Notes: generated from the sequence alone by a model not told the origin. DNA of 64,000 bases from Candidatus Magasanikiibacteriota bacterium (GCA_030650025.1 JAUSEN010000029.1:287-64286); one strand, 5' to 3'; shown: positions 37,368-47,709, counted from the first letter of the stretch. Translations and numbers: made by a program.

Positions 37368-38414
37368 ATGGCTATTAAAATCATCAAAAAAATTCCCAGC
37401 CAAGAGGAAATAGAACAAGCCGCCCCCCTTTCGGCTGTCGGTTACACGGCTATTTTAAAAGATCGTCAGGAAATTTGTGACATTTTATCCGGGAAGGACG
37501 ATCGCCTGCTGTTAATTATTGGACCTTGCTCGGCGTGGCCCTTTGACGCGGTGATTGAATACGCCACTCGTCTAATTTCTTTAAAAAAAGAATTGAATTT
37601 GGAAAAAGAATTTAAAGTTATCATGCGCGTTTATACCCAAAAGCCGCGCACCACTACTGGCTGGAACGGCCCCATTAATCAACCCGATCCGCTGGGCCAA
37701 CCCGATATTGCCGGTGGTATTAAATATACCAGAAAATTAATGGTCCAGCTTATAGAAATGGGTCTGCCCATCGCCAATGAAGCGGTTTTCACTCATGATA
37801 GCATGAAGTTTTTCCCGGATCTACTTTCTTGGATGGCGATTGGCGCGAGGAGCAGTGAAGATCAGGAACATCGCATATACGCTTCGGCGGTTGATTGCCC
37901 GGTCGGAATGAAAAATCCCACCAGTGGATCCATAAAAATCGGCGTTAATAGCATTATCGCGGCGCAAACATCTCAAGTCGCCGTATTTCACGGCCACCAA
38001 ATTGAAAGCAGCGGCAATAAATATGCCCACTTAGTTTTGCGCGGTGGAGAAAGTGGCCCCAATTACGCGACCAAGTTTGTGCTGGAAGCGGGGGACTTAA
38101 TGAAAAAAAATAATATTTTAAATCCGGCTATTATTATTGACGCTAGCCACGATAACTCCAAAGTTGATGGCAAAAAAAATCCTGAACAACAAATTAAGGT
38201 CGTTCAGGAATCAATCGCTGAACTTAAGTCAAACTTGGCTGTAAAAAATTTAGTGAAGGGGTTTATGATCGAAAGTTTTATAAAATCCGGGTCGCAAACA
38301 ATTGATCCGCGTTATCCAGAATCAATTGATCGGGGGGGGCTGTCGGTAACCGATCCCTGTATAAATTGGGAAACAACGGCGGAACTTTTATCGGCAATTT
38401 TTAAAAAAATTTAA
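37368..38414 (+). CDS. 3-deoxy-7-phosphoheptulonate (DAHP) synthase, type I-alpha
   Basis: IGPCS, MRVYTQKPRTTTGW, IGARS, LRGG, DASHDNS and SVTDPCINW are AroF/G/H-like; it has KPRT rather than the KANRS of KDO8P synthase. Confidence 0.93.
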   Translation: MAIKIIKKIPSQEEIEQAAPLSAVGYTAILKDRQEICDILSGKDDRLLLIIGPCSAWPFDAVIEYATRLISLKKELNLEKEFKVIMRVYTQKPRTTTGWNGPINQPDPLGQPDIAGGIKYTRKLMVQLIEMGLPIANEAVFTHDSMKFFPDLLSWMAIGARSSEDQEHRIYASAVDCPVGMKNPTSGSIKIGVNSIIAAQTSQVAVFHGHQIESSGNKYAHLVLRGGESGPNYATKFVLEAGDLMKKNNILNPAIIIDASHDNSKVDGKKNPEQQIKVVQESIAELKSNLAVKNLVKGFMIESFIKSGSQTIDPRYPESIDRGGLSVTDPCINWETTAELLSAIFKKI

Positions 38415-38415
38415 T

Positions 38416-39201
38416 ATGTTAACAACCATTGCCATTATTCCCGCCCGTATGGCCTCAAGCCGGTTTCCCGGTAAACCGCTCAAACCAATAGTCGGTATGC
38501 CGATGGTTGGTCATGTTTATAAAAGAACTAAAATGAGCGGGGTAGACGCGGTGTATGTCGCTACTTATGACCAGGCCATTAAAGATTATGTGGAATCAAT
38601 AGGCGGGCAAGCCGTTCTTTTACAGGAAAAATTCGAACGGCCAACGGAATGTACCGCGGCGGCATTGCAAGAGATCGAGAGGGCCACCGGAGAAACGATT
38701 AAAAATATTTTGATGATTCAAGGAGATGAACCGGTAATTTTTCCGGAGACAGTAAATGATTTAGCCGCGGCTGTCAGCCAAAGAGCCAGCGGAGTAGTAA
38801 ATATCGTTAATAATATTCGCGATCGGCAAATTTTTTTAGATAAAAATATTGTTAAAGCCGTTCTTGATCAGCAGGGGAGGATTATCTGGTTTTTTCGTTT
38901 GCCCAGTCTTTTTTGGCAAGAACGTATTGACGAACTTACATCGGTAAAAATTCAGACCGGAATTATTGGTTTTAAGAGAGAGGCCTTGCTTTCTTACGCC
39001 ATGCTTAAATCCACAGATTTTGAAAAGGTCAACTCGGTGGATATGTTTCGCTTTGTGGAACACGGCATTCCCGTGTCAGCGTTGCTTTCTCCGCAGCGCC
39101 TTTATAGCGTTGATACACCCAAAGATCTAGAGTTGGTGAGCGAAATTATGAGTAATGATCCCTTGTTTCAAAAATACAATCAGCATGATAATCGAGGTTA
39201 G
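38416..39201 (+). CDS. kdsB: CMP-Kdo synthetase-like (ulosonate cytidylyltransferase)
   Basis: IIPARMASSRFPGKPL, IQGDEP, VKAV and SVDTPKDL. Confidence 0.88.
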   Translation: MLTTIAIIPARMASSRFPGKPLKPIVGMPMVGHVYKRTKMSGVDAVYVATYDQAIKDYVESIGGQAVLLQEKFERPTECTAAALQEIERATGETIKNILMIQGDEPVIFPETVNDLAAAVSQRASGVVNIVNNIRDRQIFLDKNIVKAVLDQQGRIIWFFRLPSLFWQERIDELTSVKIQTGIIGFKREALLSYAMLKSTDFEKVNSVDMFRFVEHGIPVSALLSPQRLYSVDTPKDLELVSEIMSNDPLFQKYNQHDNRG

Positions 39202-40753
39202 CGTTATTGGCGAAGAGGTGCGTGTAATTGCGGGAAAAATGCAGAAGATTTTTTTTATTCGCGAAAATTTATCTTTGATGTTGGCAAAATTGAAAATGAT
39301 AAATGGTCTTAAATTTAAAAACGGCTCTCCCATCTACGATTCTAGAAAATATGGTTCGATTTCTCTTTGGAGTTTTTTTCAGGATTTTATTTTTTGGAAA
39401 CGATTGTATTTTTTTGTTAGGTTTTCCGAAGTAATTAAATTTATCACGGAGCAAAAATATACTCATATTTTAGTTAATAATCGAGAGTTGGCGGGCGTGC
39501 TACAAATGCTGCCCGGATTGAAGGTAAAATCAAAAAAGAATTTTTTAGCCTATCCCGCGCGATTGGTTTTAAAAGTATTTGGTTTTTTTATAAGTCATTT
39601 GGCAATTTTAATCCTATGGCTAAGAAAAACTCCCTACCTCGTTTATTCTCCGGATATTGCCGTTGGAAAATATGCTTGCGATTTTCGCTTAACCTCACTT
39701 TACGAATTTTTAATGTCGCGAAAAATTAAATTTCAAGAAATATTTCATACTAATATCGGGCTTAATTTTATCAGAAATTTTGTGCGGCGCTGGCGCGGCG
39801 TTTTATACTTGGAATCTTTAGTATTTTTTACCTCCAAAACAGATTTTAATCCTGCGGCGGTATCCTGGCCAAATTTGCCTGATTATGAAAGATTTTTTTT
39901 GGGTTTGGTTTTGAAAGAAGTGGATCGCATGTGTAATCACAGCGCTAAATTAATTAAAAAATTGATATTTATATTTAAGTACAGTAATGTAAAAAAATTG
40001 GCGGCTTTGGATGACATGAGGTACACCAACGAGCTCATTATTGCTTGCCGCGAAAATAGTATCGCCACTTTTGGTTTTCAGCATGGGCAATTTACGAAGT
40101 ATCATATCGGTTGGATGCATTATGATATGCCGCCAGAAAACAGCGTAACCTTTGACACCCTGTTTGTCTGGAATTCCTATTGGCAAAATATTCTTTGCCA
40201 GTATAGTCTTAAATATACCCTAGAGAACACAGCCATTTCGGGGGCACCTAAGAAATTTTTTGGCGAAGTAAAAAAGCGCGATAAACCAGCGTCACCAAAA
40301 AATCTGCTCATTTTATTTGAGTCATTTGTTTCTAAAAACGAAATTCAGCCTTATATCAATCGACTATTGGATTGTGGGTTTGTTTTATATTTAAGTTTGC
40401 GTCCCGACCTGCCTAAAAATGCGCAATTACAGCGTTATGGCTTAGTTGGTAATAATAGTGTGCAAGTGGTAAGTAAATTGGATGCTCAAATTATAAGCGA
40501 GCTTGATGCCGTTGTGGGTGTGCATAGTACGTTACTTAGTGAATTGATGTATTATGATTTGCCGGTTTTTCAAATTGAGTCCAGTTTTGATTTGGGGCAT
40601 CAATTAAGAGATAATTCGCTGTCAATTGCCTTGCCTAAAAATTTTACAACCGAATATATTAATTCGGCGATTGATTCATTCCAGTCAAAAAAGAACGTAG
40701 TTTGGCCATCGGCGCCGTCAATTAACGAAACATATCAAAAAATATTTAGTTAG
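39185..40753 (+). CDS. Putative GT-B-fold ulosonate/polysaccharide transferase
   Basis: FQHG motif, SLRPD (variant of K-x-H-P) and STLLSE motifs as in sialyltransferase/TagF-like proteins; start uncertain. Confidence 0.55.
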   Translation: MIIEVSVIGEEVRVIAGKMQKIFFIRENLSLMLAKLKMINGLKFKNGSPIYDSRKYGSISLWSFFQDFIFWKRLYFFVRFSEVIKFITEQKYTHILVNNRELAGVLQMLPGLKVKSKKNFLAYPARLVLKVFGFFISHLAILILWLRKTPYLVYSPDIAVGKYACDFRLTSLYEFLMSRKIKFQEIFHTNIGLNFIRNFVRRWRGVLYLESLVFFTSKTDFNPAAVSWPNLPDYERFFLGLVLKEVDRMCNHSAKLIKKLIFIFKYSNVKKLAALDDMRYTNELIIACRENSIATFGFQHGQFTKYHIGWMHYDMPPENSVTFDTLFVWNSYWQNILCQYSLKYTLENTAISGAPKKFFGEVKKRDKPASPKNLLILFESFVSKNEIQPYINRLLDCGFVLYLSLRPDLPKNAQLQRYGLVGNNSVQVVSKLDAQIISELDAVVGVHSTLLSELMYYDLPVFQIESSFDLGHQLRDNSLSIALPKNFTTEYINSAIDSFQSKKNVVWPSAPSINETYQKIFS

Positions 40754-40754
40754 T

Positions 40755-41480
40755 ATGTCTCTAATTAAGTTAGTAAAAAAAATTAGCGGTGATTTTAAAC
40801 AAATTTTTGGTTATCCAAAATGCGATTATGGGACAGATTATACTGTGGATTACCAAAAATATTGGTTACAGCGGCGCGGCCTTGGTCCCGTATCTTTAAG
40901 CCCATGGCAAACCCAGCGGGCCGCTTGGGCGTTAAGTTTATTCGAAACGGGATCATCCATTCTTGACGTTGGTTGGAAGGACGGTGACGTGGTGGGATTT
41001 TTATGTGAACAAGGGGGTTATAAACGTATTGACGCCAGTATTGATGAAAATGTTCTATTGCTCGCCAAAAGCCTTGGTATTAGTAACGTTGGTATCAATT
41101 TTTCTGACCTTGAAGCCATTGATAAGTTGGGAATGGCGGACTATATTTTGGGTTTTGATATCTTAGAGCATGTGGGCAATAGCGAGACTGTTCTTTTCCA
41201 CTTACTTAAGAAAGCTAACAAAGGCCTGTTGGTTTCGTTTCCCAACTCCGGTTATTTTGCGCATCGACTGCGCCTTCTGTTTGGCCGTTTTCCCTTGCAG
41301 TGGCGCACGCACCCTGGCGAGCACCTTCGTTTTTGGACAGTGCGCGATATGAGATTTTGGTTAAATTCTTTAGGTTTAAAAAAACAAGCGCGAATAATTT
41401 TATATGAAGGGATACCGATTTTAAACAAAGTTTTCCCTAAATTATTTGCTCAAGGAATCCTCATTTTTATCAAAAAGTAA
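40755..41480 (+). CDS. MetW-like methyltransferase, paralog 1 (degenerate SAM motif)
   Basis: ILDVGWKDG; SFPNSGYFAHRLRLLFGRFP. Confidence 0.8.
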   Translation: MSLIKLVKKISGDFKQIFGYPKCDYGTDYTVDYQKYWLQRRGLGPVSLSPWQTQRAAWALSLFETGSSILDVGWKDGDVVGFLCEQGGYKRIDASIDENVLLLAKSLGISNVGINFSDLEAIDKLGMADYILGFDILEHVGNSETVLFHLLKKANKGLLVSFPNSGYFAHRLRLLFGRFPLQWRTHPGEHLRFWTVRDMRFWLNSLGLKKQARIILYEGIPILNKVFPKLFAQGILIFIKK

Positions 41481-41487
41481 TTAGGGT

Positions 41488-42204
41488 ATGAAGCAGTTTT
41501 TGGTTAGATTAAAAAATGATGTCAGCCAGATTTTTGGCTACCCCATATGCGCGTATGGCCAGGATTTTTCGGTTGATTACCAAAAATATTGGGAGCGTCG
41601 CCGCGATAGTGGTACGGCCGTACTAACCGCGTGGCAGAAACAACGCGCGGCTGAGGCTCTTAAAATTATTACTCCCGGCGCCACGGTTATGGACATTGGC
41701 TGTGGCGATGGCGCCATTCTTGATTTCATGCGTTCAGCCTCCCGTATCAAAGGCATCGGTGTCGATATTGATTCATCAATTTTAGAGAGTGCCAAAAAGT
41801 TAGGTGTTCAAACAGTCTGCGCGGATATTAATGATCTTTCCGCTGTCGACGCGTTTCCCGCAGCTGATTATATAATAGCTTTTGAAGTTTTAGAGCATAT
41901 GCCCAGCCCAGAAAGATTTATCGCGCATATTCTCAAGAAGGCTACGCAGGGGCTCATTTTTTCCGTGCCAAACACCGGTTATTACGCGCATCGCTTGCGC
42001 CTGGCGTCTGGTCGTTTTCCTCTCCAATGGGTAGCGCATCCCGGCGAACATCTTCGTTTTTGGACCGTGCGCGATATGCGTTTTTGGGTCGCGTCGCTCG
42101 GTTTAAAAATAGAGAAATTAGTCTTGTATCAGGGTCTGCCTGTTCTCAATAAAATTTTTCCTAAATTATTTAGCCAAGGCATGATTGTTTTTATTAAAAA
42201 ATAA
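41488..42204 (+). CDS. MetW-like methyltransferase, paralog 2
   Basis: MDIGCGDG; SVPNTGYYAHRLRLASGRFP. Confidence 0.85.
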   Translation: MKQFLVRLKNDVSQIFGYPICAYGQDFSVDYQKYWERRRDSGTAVLTAWQKQRAAEALKIITPGATVMDIGCGDGAILDFMRSASRIKGIGVDIDSSILESAKKLGVQTVCADINDLSAVDAFPAADYIIAFEVLEHMPSPERFIAHILKKATQGLIFSVPNTGYYAHRLRLASGRFPLQWVAHPGEHLRFWTVRDMRFWVASLGLKIEKLVLYQGLPVLNKIFPKLFSQGMIVFIKK

Positions 42205-42208
42205 TTAT

Positions 42209-43675
42209 ATGAAATTATTTTTAATTAACTGGGGTCATCGTGAACCGCTTACCGCGGACATTGCTCATGATTTAGAAACACAAGGTCACCAAGTTTTGTA
42301 TTGGGTGCGTTCTAATAAGAATTTTAGAGTTGATGCTTCAAAATACCCCCATACCATTATTCAGGATTGGAACGATGCCATGGCGTGCCGGGCGCCCCAG
42401 GGGATAGACAAAGAAGCCTTTCCAGTACCCAGTAAAAATTTGCTAGCGCAATTCGCGGCCGAGGAACTTTTGGCTGTTTGCCTGCTCGACCGCGACTACC
42501 CGGAATATTCCGCTACTCAAAAGAGCGAAATTTATCATGATTATTTTCGTTTTTGGTATGGGCTAATTTTTCAAAAAAAGCCTGATGTCATTGTTTTCTC
42601 CGATACCCCGCATCGTGTGGTGGATTTCATGATTTATTCTGTTGCCAAAAAATTAGGTCTGCCGGTTATTTTATTTGGCGCTACAGTCATCGGCGACCGG
42701 AGTTATATCGCCTATGACTACGACCAAGGCTTTACCACGGGGTTTAAGCCCGGTCAAAACGCGCGCCTCGAGAATTTGAGTGTTGACATCGCGCTATATT
42801 ATAAAAATCAAACATCAGGCGCGGTTGATAACACTCCAATTTATATGAAACAGCAGGACGCGTACTTTTCTTGGGCGCGCAAATTAAAACGCAAGCTCAT
42901 GCACGCGCCTCGTCTTTTAGTCAAAATGGACCTCGTCGGACCCTTACAAAGAAATTTGCGTGACCTGGCGACGTATATTGGCTTCGGTGACGATATGATC
43001 AAAAAATATTGTCAACTGCAAAAGCCAGTAGATTACAATAGTAAATATGTCTACGTCCCTCTTCATTATCAACCCGAGCGCACGACTATGCCACAGGGTG
43101 GAGTATTTATGGACCAAATTTTAATGGTGCGTACCGTGGCCGCCGCCTTGCCGGCCGGGTGGAATATCTATGTAAAAGAGCACCGCTCCCAGTGGTATTT
43201 ATCTGGTCGCAGGCCATCTCAATTTCGGGCCTCGGATTATTACGAACGCTTGGCACAAATTCGGAATGTTACTCTTATTTCCGCTAATGAGAGTAGCTTT
43301 AAATTAATTAAAAGCGCCCAGGCAGTTGTAACTGTAACCGGCACCGCGGGTTGGGAATCAGTTCTGCGCAATGTACCGTCGTTAATTTTTGGCGCGCCCT
43401 GGTATCAGGGTTGCCCGGGCACGTTCCGTGTTTCTAGCGTCGAAGACTGTCATCAATTTTTTGCCGATTTGCAATCGGGTTATAAAATTTCTCAACAAGA
43501 AATAATCGATTTTCTTTACTTTATTGATTGCCACACATTTCATGGTTATTTGCAGACATATCAGCATAGTCAAACAAAGTTGACGGAAATAGAAAATAGA
43601 AATAATATCTTGACAATTTTACTGAATGAAATTGAAAAATTATCGCCCCGAAAAGCTTCCGACTGGTTATTTTGA
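42209..43675 (+). CDS. Capsule biosynthesis KpsS-like (ulosonate transferase-like) protein
   Basis: YVPLHYQPE, VKEH and TVTGTAGWES motifs. Confidence 0.75.
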   Translation: MKLFLINWGHREPLTADIAHDLETQGHQVLYWVRSNKNFRVDASKYPHTIIQDWNDAMACRAPQGIDKEAFPVPSKNLLAQFAAEELLAVCLLDRDYPEYSATQKSEIYHDYFRFWYGLIFQKKPDVIVFSDTPHRVVDFMIYSVAKKLGLPVILFGATVIGDRSYIAYDYDQGFTTGFKPGQNARLENLSVDIALYYKNQTSGAVDNTPIYMKQQDAYFSWARKLKRKLMHAPRLLVKMDLVGPLQRNLRDLATYIGFGDDMIKKYCQLQKPVDYNSKYVYVPLHYQPERTTMPQGGVFMDQILMVRTVAAALPAGWNIYVKEHRSQWYLSGRRPSQFRASDYYERLAQIRNVTLISANESSFKLIKSAQAVVTVTGTAGWESVLRNVPSLIFGAPWYQGCPGTFRVSSVEDCHQFFADLQSGYKISQQEIIDFLYFIDCHTFHGYLQTYQHSQTKLTEIENRNNILTILLNEIEKLSPRKASDWLF

Positions 43676-43692
43676 CATCGGGACTTCAAAAC

Positions 43693-43721
43693 TTGATTTT
43701 TTTTGGATTTTTTGTTATAGT
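43693..43721 (+). promoter_or_regulatory. Possible promoter of the pse operon
   Basis: TTGATT, 17 bp spacer, TATAGT, with extended TG. Confidence 0.5.
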
Positions 43722-43751
43722 TACCAATATTTATAACGTAATAATTGTATT

Positions 43752-44738
43752 ATGATTTTGGAATTTTTAAAAGGAAAGTCAGTTTTAGTTACCGGTGGCA
43801 CTGGCTCTTTCGGCCAAAAATTCATTAAAACTTTGCTTGCCAATAGCGCGGCGCGGCGTATTATTATTTTTAGCCGCGACGAATTTAAGCAGTCGGTTAT
43901 GGCCAGTGAGTTATCCGACCCGGAGCGTCGTTTACGATTTTTTTTAGGCGATGTGCGCGACCTTGATCGCCTACAGATGGCTTTCCACGGAGTTGATTAT
44001 GTTATACACGCGGCCGCGCTTAAGCAGGTCCCCCTGCTCGAATACAACCCATTTGAAGCTATCAAAACTAACATTATTGGCACTCAAAATGTTATTACCG
44101 CCGCTATTAACCAGGGAGTCGCTCGGGTGGTGCTTGTTTCAACCGATAAGGCGGCCAACCCGGCGAATCTATATGGCGCCACCAAGCTGTGCGCCGAGCG
44201 TTTGATGATTAGTGGCAATGCTTATGGTGCTCGCCAGACAATTTTCGGAGTCGTGCGATATGGCAATGTCGTTGGGAGCCGCGGGAGCCTAGTTCAGCTT
44301 GTTGAGGATCAACGCAAAACTGGCACGGTCATGCTGACTCATGAAGACATGACCCGATTTTGGATTACGCTTGATCAGGGCGTTAATTTGGTGCTCTTGG
44401 CGCTAGAAAAAATGCATGGCGGCGAAATTTTTATTCCGAAAGTGCCGAGCATGCGCGTCAAGGAATTTTTACAGACTTTTGCTCCAGACGCTAAAATTAA
44501 AATTATGGGTATTCGTCCCGGAGAAAAACTGCATGAAATTTTGGTTACTCCCGAGGAAGCGCGCCATGCCAAAGATTTTGATACTCATTATATTATTTTG
44601 CCGGAACATGCTAATTGGCCGCACCGTGATAAATACGATAAATTAGGCAAAGTCTTGCCCCACGATTTTTATTTTAGCAGTCAAAATAATACCGATTGGC
44701 TTACCGCGGAATCGCTTAAAAAATTATTGGGAATTTAG
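43752..44738 (+). CDS. pseB: UDP-GlcNAc 4,6-dehydratase (inverting)
   Basis: TGGTGSFG, SRDEFKQ, AALKQVP, RYGNVVGSRGS and GIRPGEKLHE. Confidence 0.95.
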   Translation: MILEFLKGKSVLVTGGTGSFGQKFIKTLLANSAARRIIIFSRDEFKQSVMASELSDPERRLRFFLGDVRDLDRLQMAFHGVDYVIHAAALKQVPLLEYNPFEAIKTNIIGTQNVITAAINQGVARVVLVSTDKAANPANLYGATKLCAERLMISGNAYGARQTIFGVVRYGNVVGSRGSLVQLVEDQRKTGTVMLTHEDMTRFWITLDQGVNLVLLALEKMHGGEIFIPKVPSMRVKEFLQTFAPDAKIKIMGIRPGEKLHEILVTPEEARHAKDFDTHYIILPEHANWPHRDKYDKLGKVLPHDFYFSSQNNTDWLTAESLKKLLGI

Positions 44739-44741
44739 GCT

Positions 44742-45893
44742 ATGATTATCCCATACGGTAGACAATCCATTGGGGCCGATGATATTGCCGCTGTGGAGGC
44801 GGTGCTCCGATCGGATCGGCTGACCCAAGGGCCCAAGGTGGAAGAGTTCGAGCAGGCGCTTGCCGAGTACTGCGGCGCTCGGTTTGCCGTCGTTACCAGT
44901 AGTGGCACTAGCGCGCTCCATACCGCGTATGCCGCTGTCGGGCTTAGCGCCGGAGATGAAATTATTTCTTCGCCTATTACTTTTCCGGCTACTACTAATG
45001 CCGCGCTTTGGCAGGGCGCTAAGCCAGTATTTGTGGATGTAGAATCAAAAACCGGGAATATCAATGTTGACTTAATTAAAGCCAGCATTACTTCCAAAAC
45101 CAAGGCCATTGTGCCGGTTGATTATACTGGTCGGCCGGTTAATTTGGCTGCCATTAAAAAATTGGCACAGCAGCATAATTTGGTGGTTATTGAAGATGCT
45201 TGCCAGGCGCTCGGCGCAACGTATCACGGCAAAAAAATCGGTTCTATTAGTGATTTAACCGTGTTTAGTTTTCATCCTGTCAAGAGTATTACCACGGGCG
45301 AGGGTGGAGCCGTGCTGACTGACAATGAAAATTGGTACAAAAAAATGAAGATGTTTGTTACCCACGGCGTAACAAAAGCACCGGATAATCTTACGATTTC
45401 TTCCCCCGGTGCTTGGTATTTTGAAATGCAATTATTGGGTAATAATTATCGTTTAACCGACCTACAAGCCGCGCTCGGCATCAGCCAATTAAAAAAGCTT
45501 GATCAGTTTGTGGCTCGCCGTCGTGAATTAGTTACGCGGTATAGCGCCGCCTTAGCAGATCAGGCCGCTATTGTCACTCCGCCGGCTGATTCTACTTCAG
45601 AAGAATCAGCGTGGCACTTGTATGTTATTCAGTTGCAAGGAAAATTATCAGGCCAGCGCGCGGAGATGTTCAAAAAACTGCAAGAGTCTGGGGTTGGAGT
45701 TCAAGTTCATCATATGCTTTCGTATTATCATCCATATTATCAGAAACTTGGGTATTTGCGTGGTGCCTGCCCACGGGCAGAGGCCTGGTACGAATCAATT
45801 ATTTCTTTGCCGCTATATCCTGATTTAACACTGGCGGATCAAGATTATGTCATAAAAACCGTTAAAGATTTCGCAGAAAGCTTGCAAAAATAA
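44742..45893 (+). CDS. pseC: UDP-4-amino-4,6-dideoxy-AltNAc transaminase
   Basis: IPYGRQSI, LTQGPKV and SFHPVKSITTGEGG. Confidence 0.93.
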   Translation: MIIPYGRQSIGADDIAAVEAVLRSDRLTQGPKVEEFEQALAEYCGARFAVVTSSGTSALHTAYAAVGLSAGDEIISSPITFPATTNAALWQGAKPVFVDVESKTGNINVDLIKASITSKTKAIVPVDYTGRPVNLAAIKKLAQQHNLVVIEDACQALGATYHGKKIGSISDLTVFSFHPVKSITTGEGGAVLTDNENWYKKMKMFVTHGVTKAPDNLTISSPGAWYFEMQLLGNNYRLTDLQAALGISQLKKLDQFVARRRELVTRYSAALADQAAIVTPPADSTSEESAWHLYVIQLQGKLSGQRAEMFKKLQESGVGVQVHHMLSYYHPYYQKLGYLRGACPRAEAWYESIISLPLYPDLTLADQDYVIKTVKDFAESLQK

Positions 45894-45902
45894 AGCTTTT
45901 GT

Positions 45903-46601
45903 ATGGAGAAAAATATTTTGGCAATCATTACCGCTCGGGGCGGCAGCAAGAGAATCCCGCGCAAAAATATTAAATTATTTTTAGGCCAGCCAATTATTAA
46001 ATATTCTATCGGGGCCTCGCTACAAGCTGGTATTTTTGCGGAAGTAATGGTATCTACGGACGATCGCGCCATCGCTGACGTGGCAGAAAGTTCCGGCGCC
46101 ACCGTGCCCTTTTTCCGTTCCGAAAAAAATTCCGGAGACCAGGCCACTACCGCTGATGTCATGCTAGAGGTGCTAGCTGAATATCAAAAACAAGGTAAAA
46201 ATTTTGATTATGTTTGTTGTTTATATCCGACCGCTCCCTTCGTAACCTCGGCCCGGTTGGTTGAAGCAGTAAAGTTATTAGACCAAACTGGTTCGGACGC
46301 CGTGTTGCCAGTAACCCGTTTTAGTTTTCCCATTCAACGAGCGTTAAAAATTGAGAGCAATCTTGTCAAGATGATCTGGCCAGAAAATTTAAATATCCGC
46401 TCGCAAGACTTAATGCCCGCGTATCATGACTGTGGACAATTTTATGCTTTAAATATTAAAAGTTTTTTGGAGCAAAAAAAATTATATATGGATAAAACCG
46501 CGCCGCTTATCATACCTGAGTCCGAAGTGCAAGATATCGACACCGAAGAAGACTGGAAGATTGCGGAAATGAAATATAAAATTTTACAAGCCGGCAAGTA
46601 A
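45903..46601 (+). CDS. pseF: Pseudaminic acid cytidylyltransferase
   Basis: ARGGSKRIPRKNIK, CLYPTAPF, RSQDL and QDIDTEEDW. Confidence 0.93.
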   Translation: MEKNILAIITARGGSKRIPRKNIKLFLGQPIIKYSIGASLQAGIFAEVMVSTDDRAIADVAESSGATVPFFRSEKNSGDQATTADVMLEVLAEYQKQGKNFDYVCCLYPTAPFVTSARLVEAVKLLDQTGSDAVLPVTRFSFPIQRALKIESNLVKMIWPENLNIRSQDLMPAYHDCGQFYALNIKSFLEQKKLYMDKTAPLIIPESEVQDIDTEEDWKIAEMKYKILQAGK

Positions 46602-46622
46602 ATATTTAATTAAACTAACAGC

Positions 46623-47705
46623 ATGGAGCCAATCGTTATCCAAACTCCAAAAGGAAAAAAGAAAATTGGGCCGGGAGAACCGTGTTTTATTATTGCTGAA
46701 ATGTCTGTGAATCATCAGCAGAATTATGAACAGGCGGCGGAAATTGTGCGCGCGGCGGCGCGCTCTGGTGCTGATGCCATTAAAGTGCAGACGTTTACGC
46801 CGGAGAGCCTCACGATTGATTCTGATAAACGCTGGTTTACACAGCGTAGCCAAGATAACCCGGCCGAGTGGGGCGGGCAGACTCTCTACCAACTATACCA
46901 AAAAGCCACCATGCCCTGGGAGTGGCAGCCCAAGTTACAAAAAATTGCCCACGAAGAGGGTATAGTATTTTTTTCTACGCCCCAAGACCAAGCCTCGGTT
47001 GATTTTTTGGAAACGTTACAGGTGCCGTGCTATAAAGTTGCGTCGTACGAAGCAGTGGATATTTCTTTGTTGCATATGGTGGCAAGAACCAAAAAGCCGG
47101 TTATTTTATCGGTGGGTTTTGCGACGCAGGACGAAATTAAAGAGGCGGTCCAGGCTTTGCGTTCAGGCGGCGGGGGCGATATCGCGCTCCTCCATTGCCT
47201 TACCTCATACGCAGACAACTCTGACTATGTTACCGCTAATTTGCGCACCATGCAGGATTTGCAAAAGCAGTACGGTGTGGTAGTCGGGTTTTCCGATAAC
47301 AATGGCGGCATAGAAATTCCCGTAATGGCGGTGACTGCCGGCGCCGCGATTGTTGAGAAGCACTTGGTGCTCGAACACGGCACCGGCGCGCTTGATGATA
47401 GGTTTTCTCTGTCAGTTGATGAGTTTGGCGAAATGGTAAAACGCATTCGTCGTGCTGAAGCAATTTTAGGCGCAGTGCATTATGGGCCGCAGAATGATTT
47501 TGAAAAACAGAATCTTTATTTTCGGCGGTCTTTATTCGTGGTCGAAGCCATTAAAAAAGGAGAGGTGTTTACTTTAAAAAATGTTCGTTCGATACGCCCC
47601 TCGCACGGCCTGCCGCCCAGCGAACTCGATAAAATTATTGGCAAAACCGCGGCCTGCGATATCGAGCGCGGCACGCCGCTAAACTGGGAAATAGTGTCTA
47701 GGTAA
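46623..47705 (+). CDS. pseI: Pseudaminic acid synthase (NeuB family, SAF domain)
   Basis: IIAEMSVNH, GADAIKVQT, EKH and C-terminal RRSLF...IRP. Confidence 0.9.
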   Translation: MEPIVIQTPKGKKKIGPGEPCFIIAEMSVNHQQNYEQAAEIVRAAARSGADAIKVQTFTPESLTIDSDKRWFTQRSQDNPAEWGGQTLYQLYQKATMPWEWQPKLQKIAHEEGIVFFSTPQDQASVDFLETLQVPCYKVASYEAVDISLLHMVARTKKPVILSVGFATQDEIKEAVQALRSGGGGDIALLHCLTSYADNSDYVTANLRTMQDLQKQYGVVVGFSDNNGGIEIPVMAVTAGAAIVEKHLVLEHGTGALDDRFSLSVDEFGEMVKRIRRAEAILGAVHYGPQNDFEKQNLYFRRSLFVVEAIKKGEVFTLKNVRSIRPSHGLPPSELDKIIGKTAACDIERGTPLNWEIVSR

Positions 47706-47709
47706 TTGT

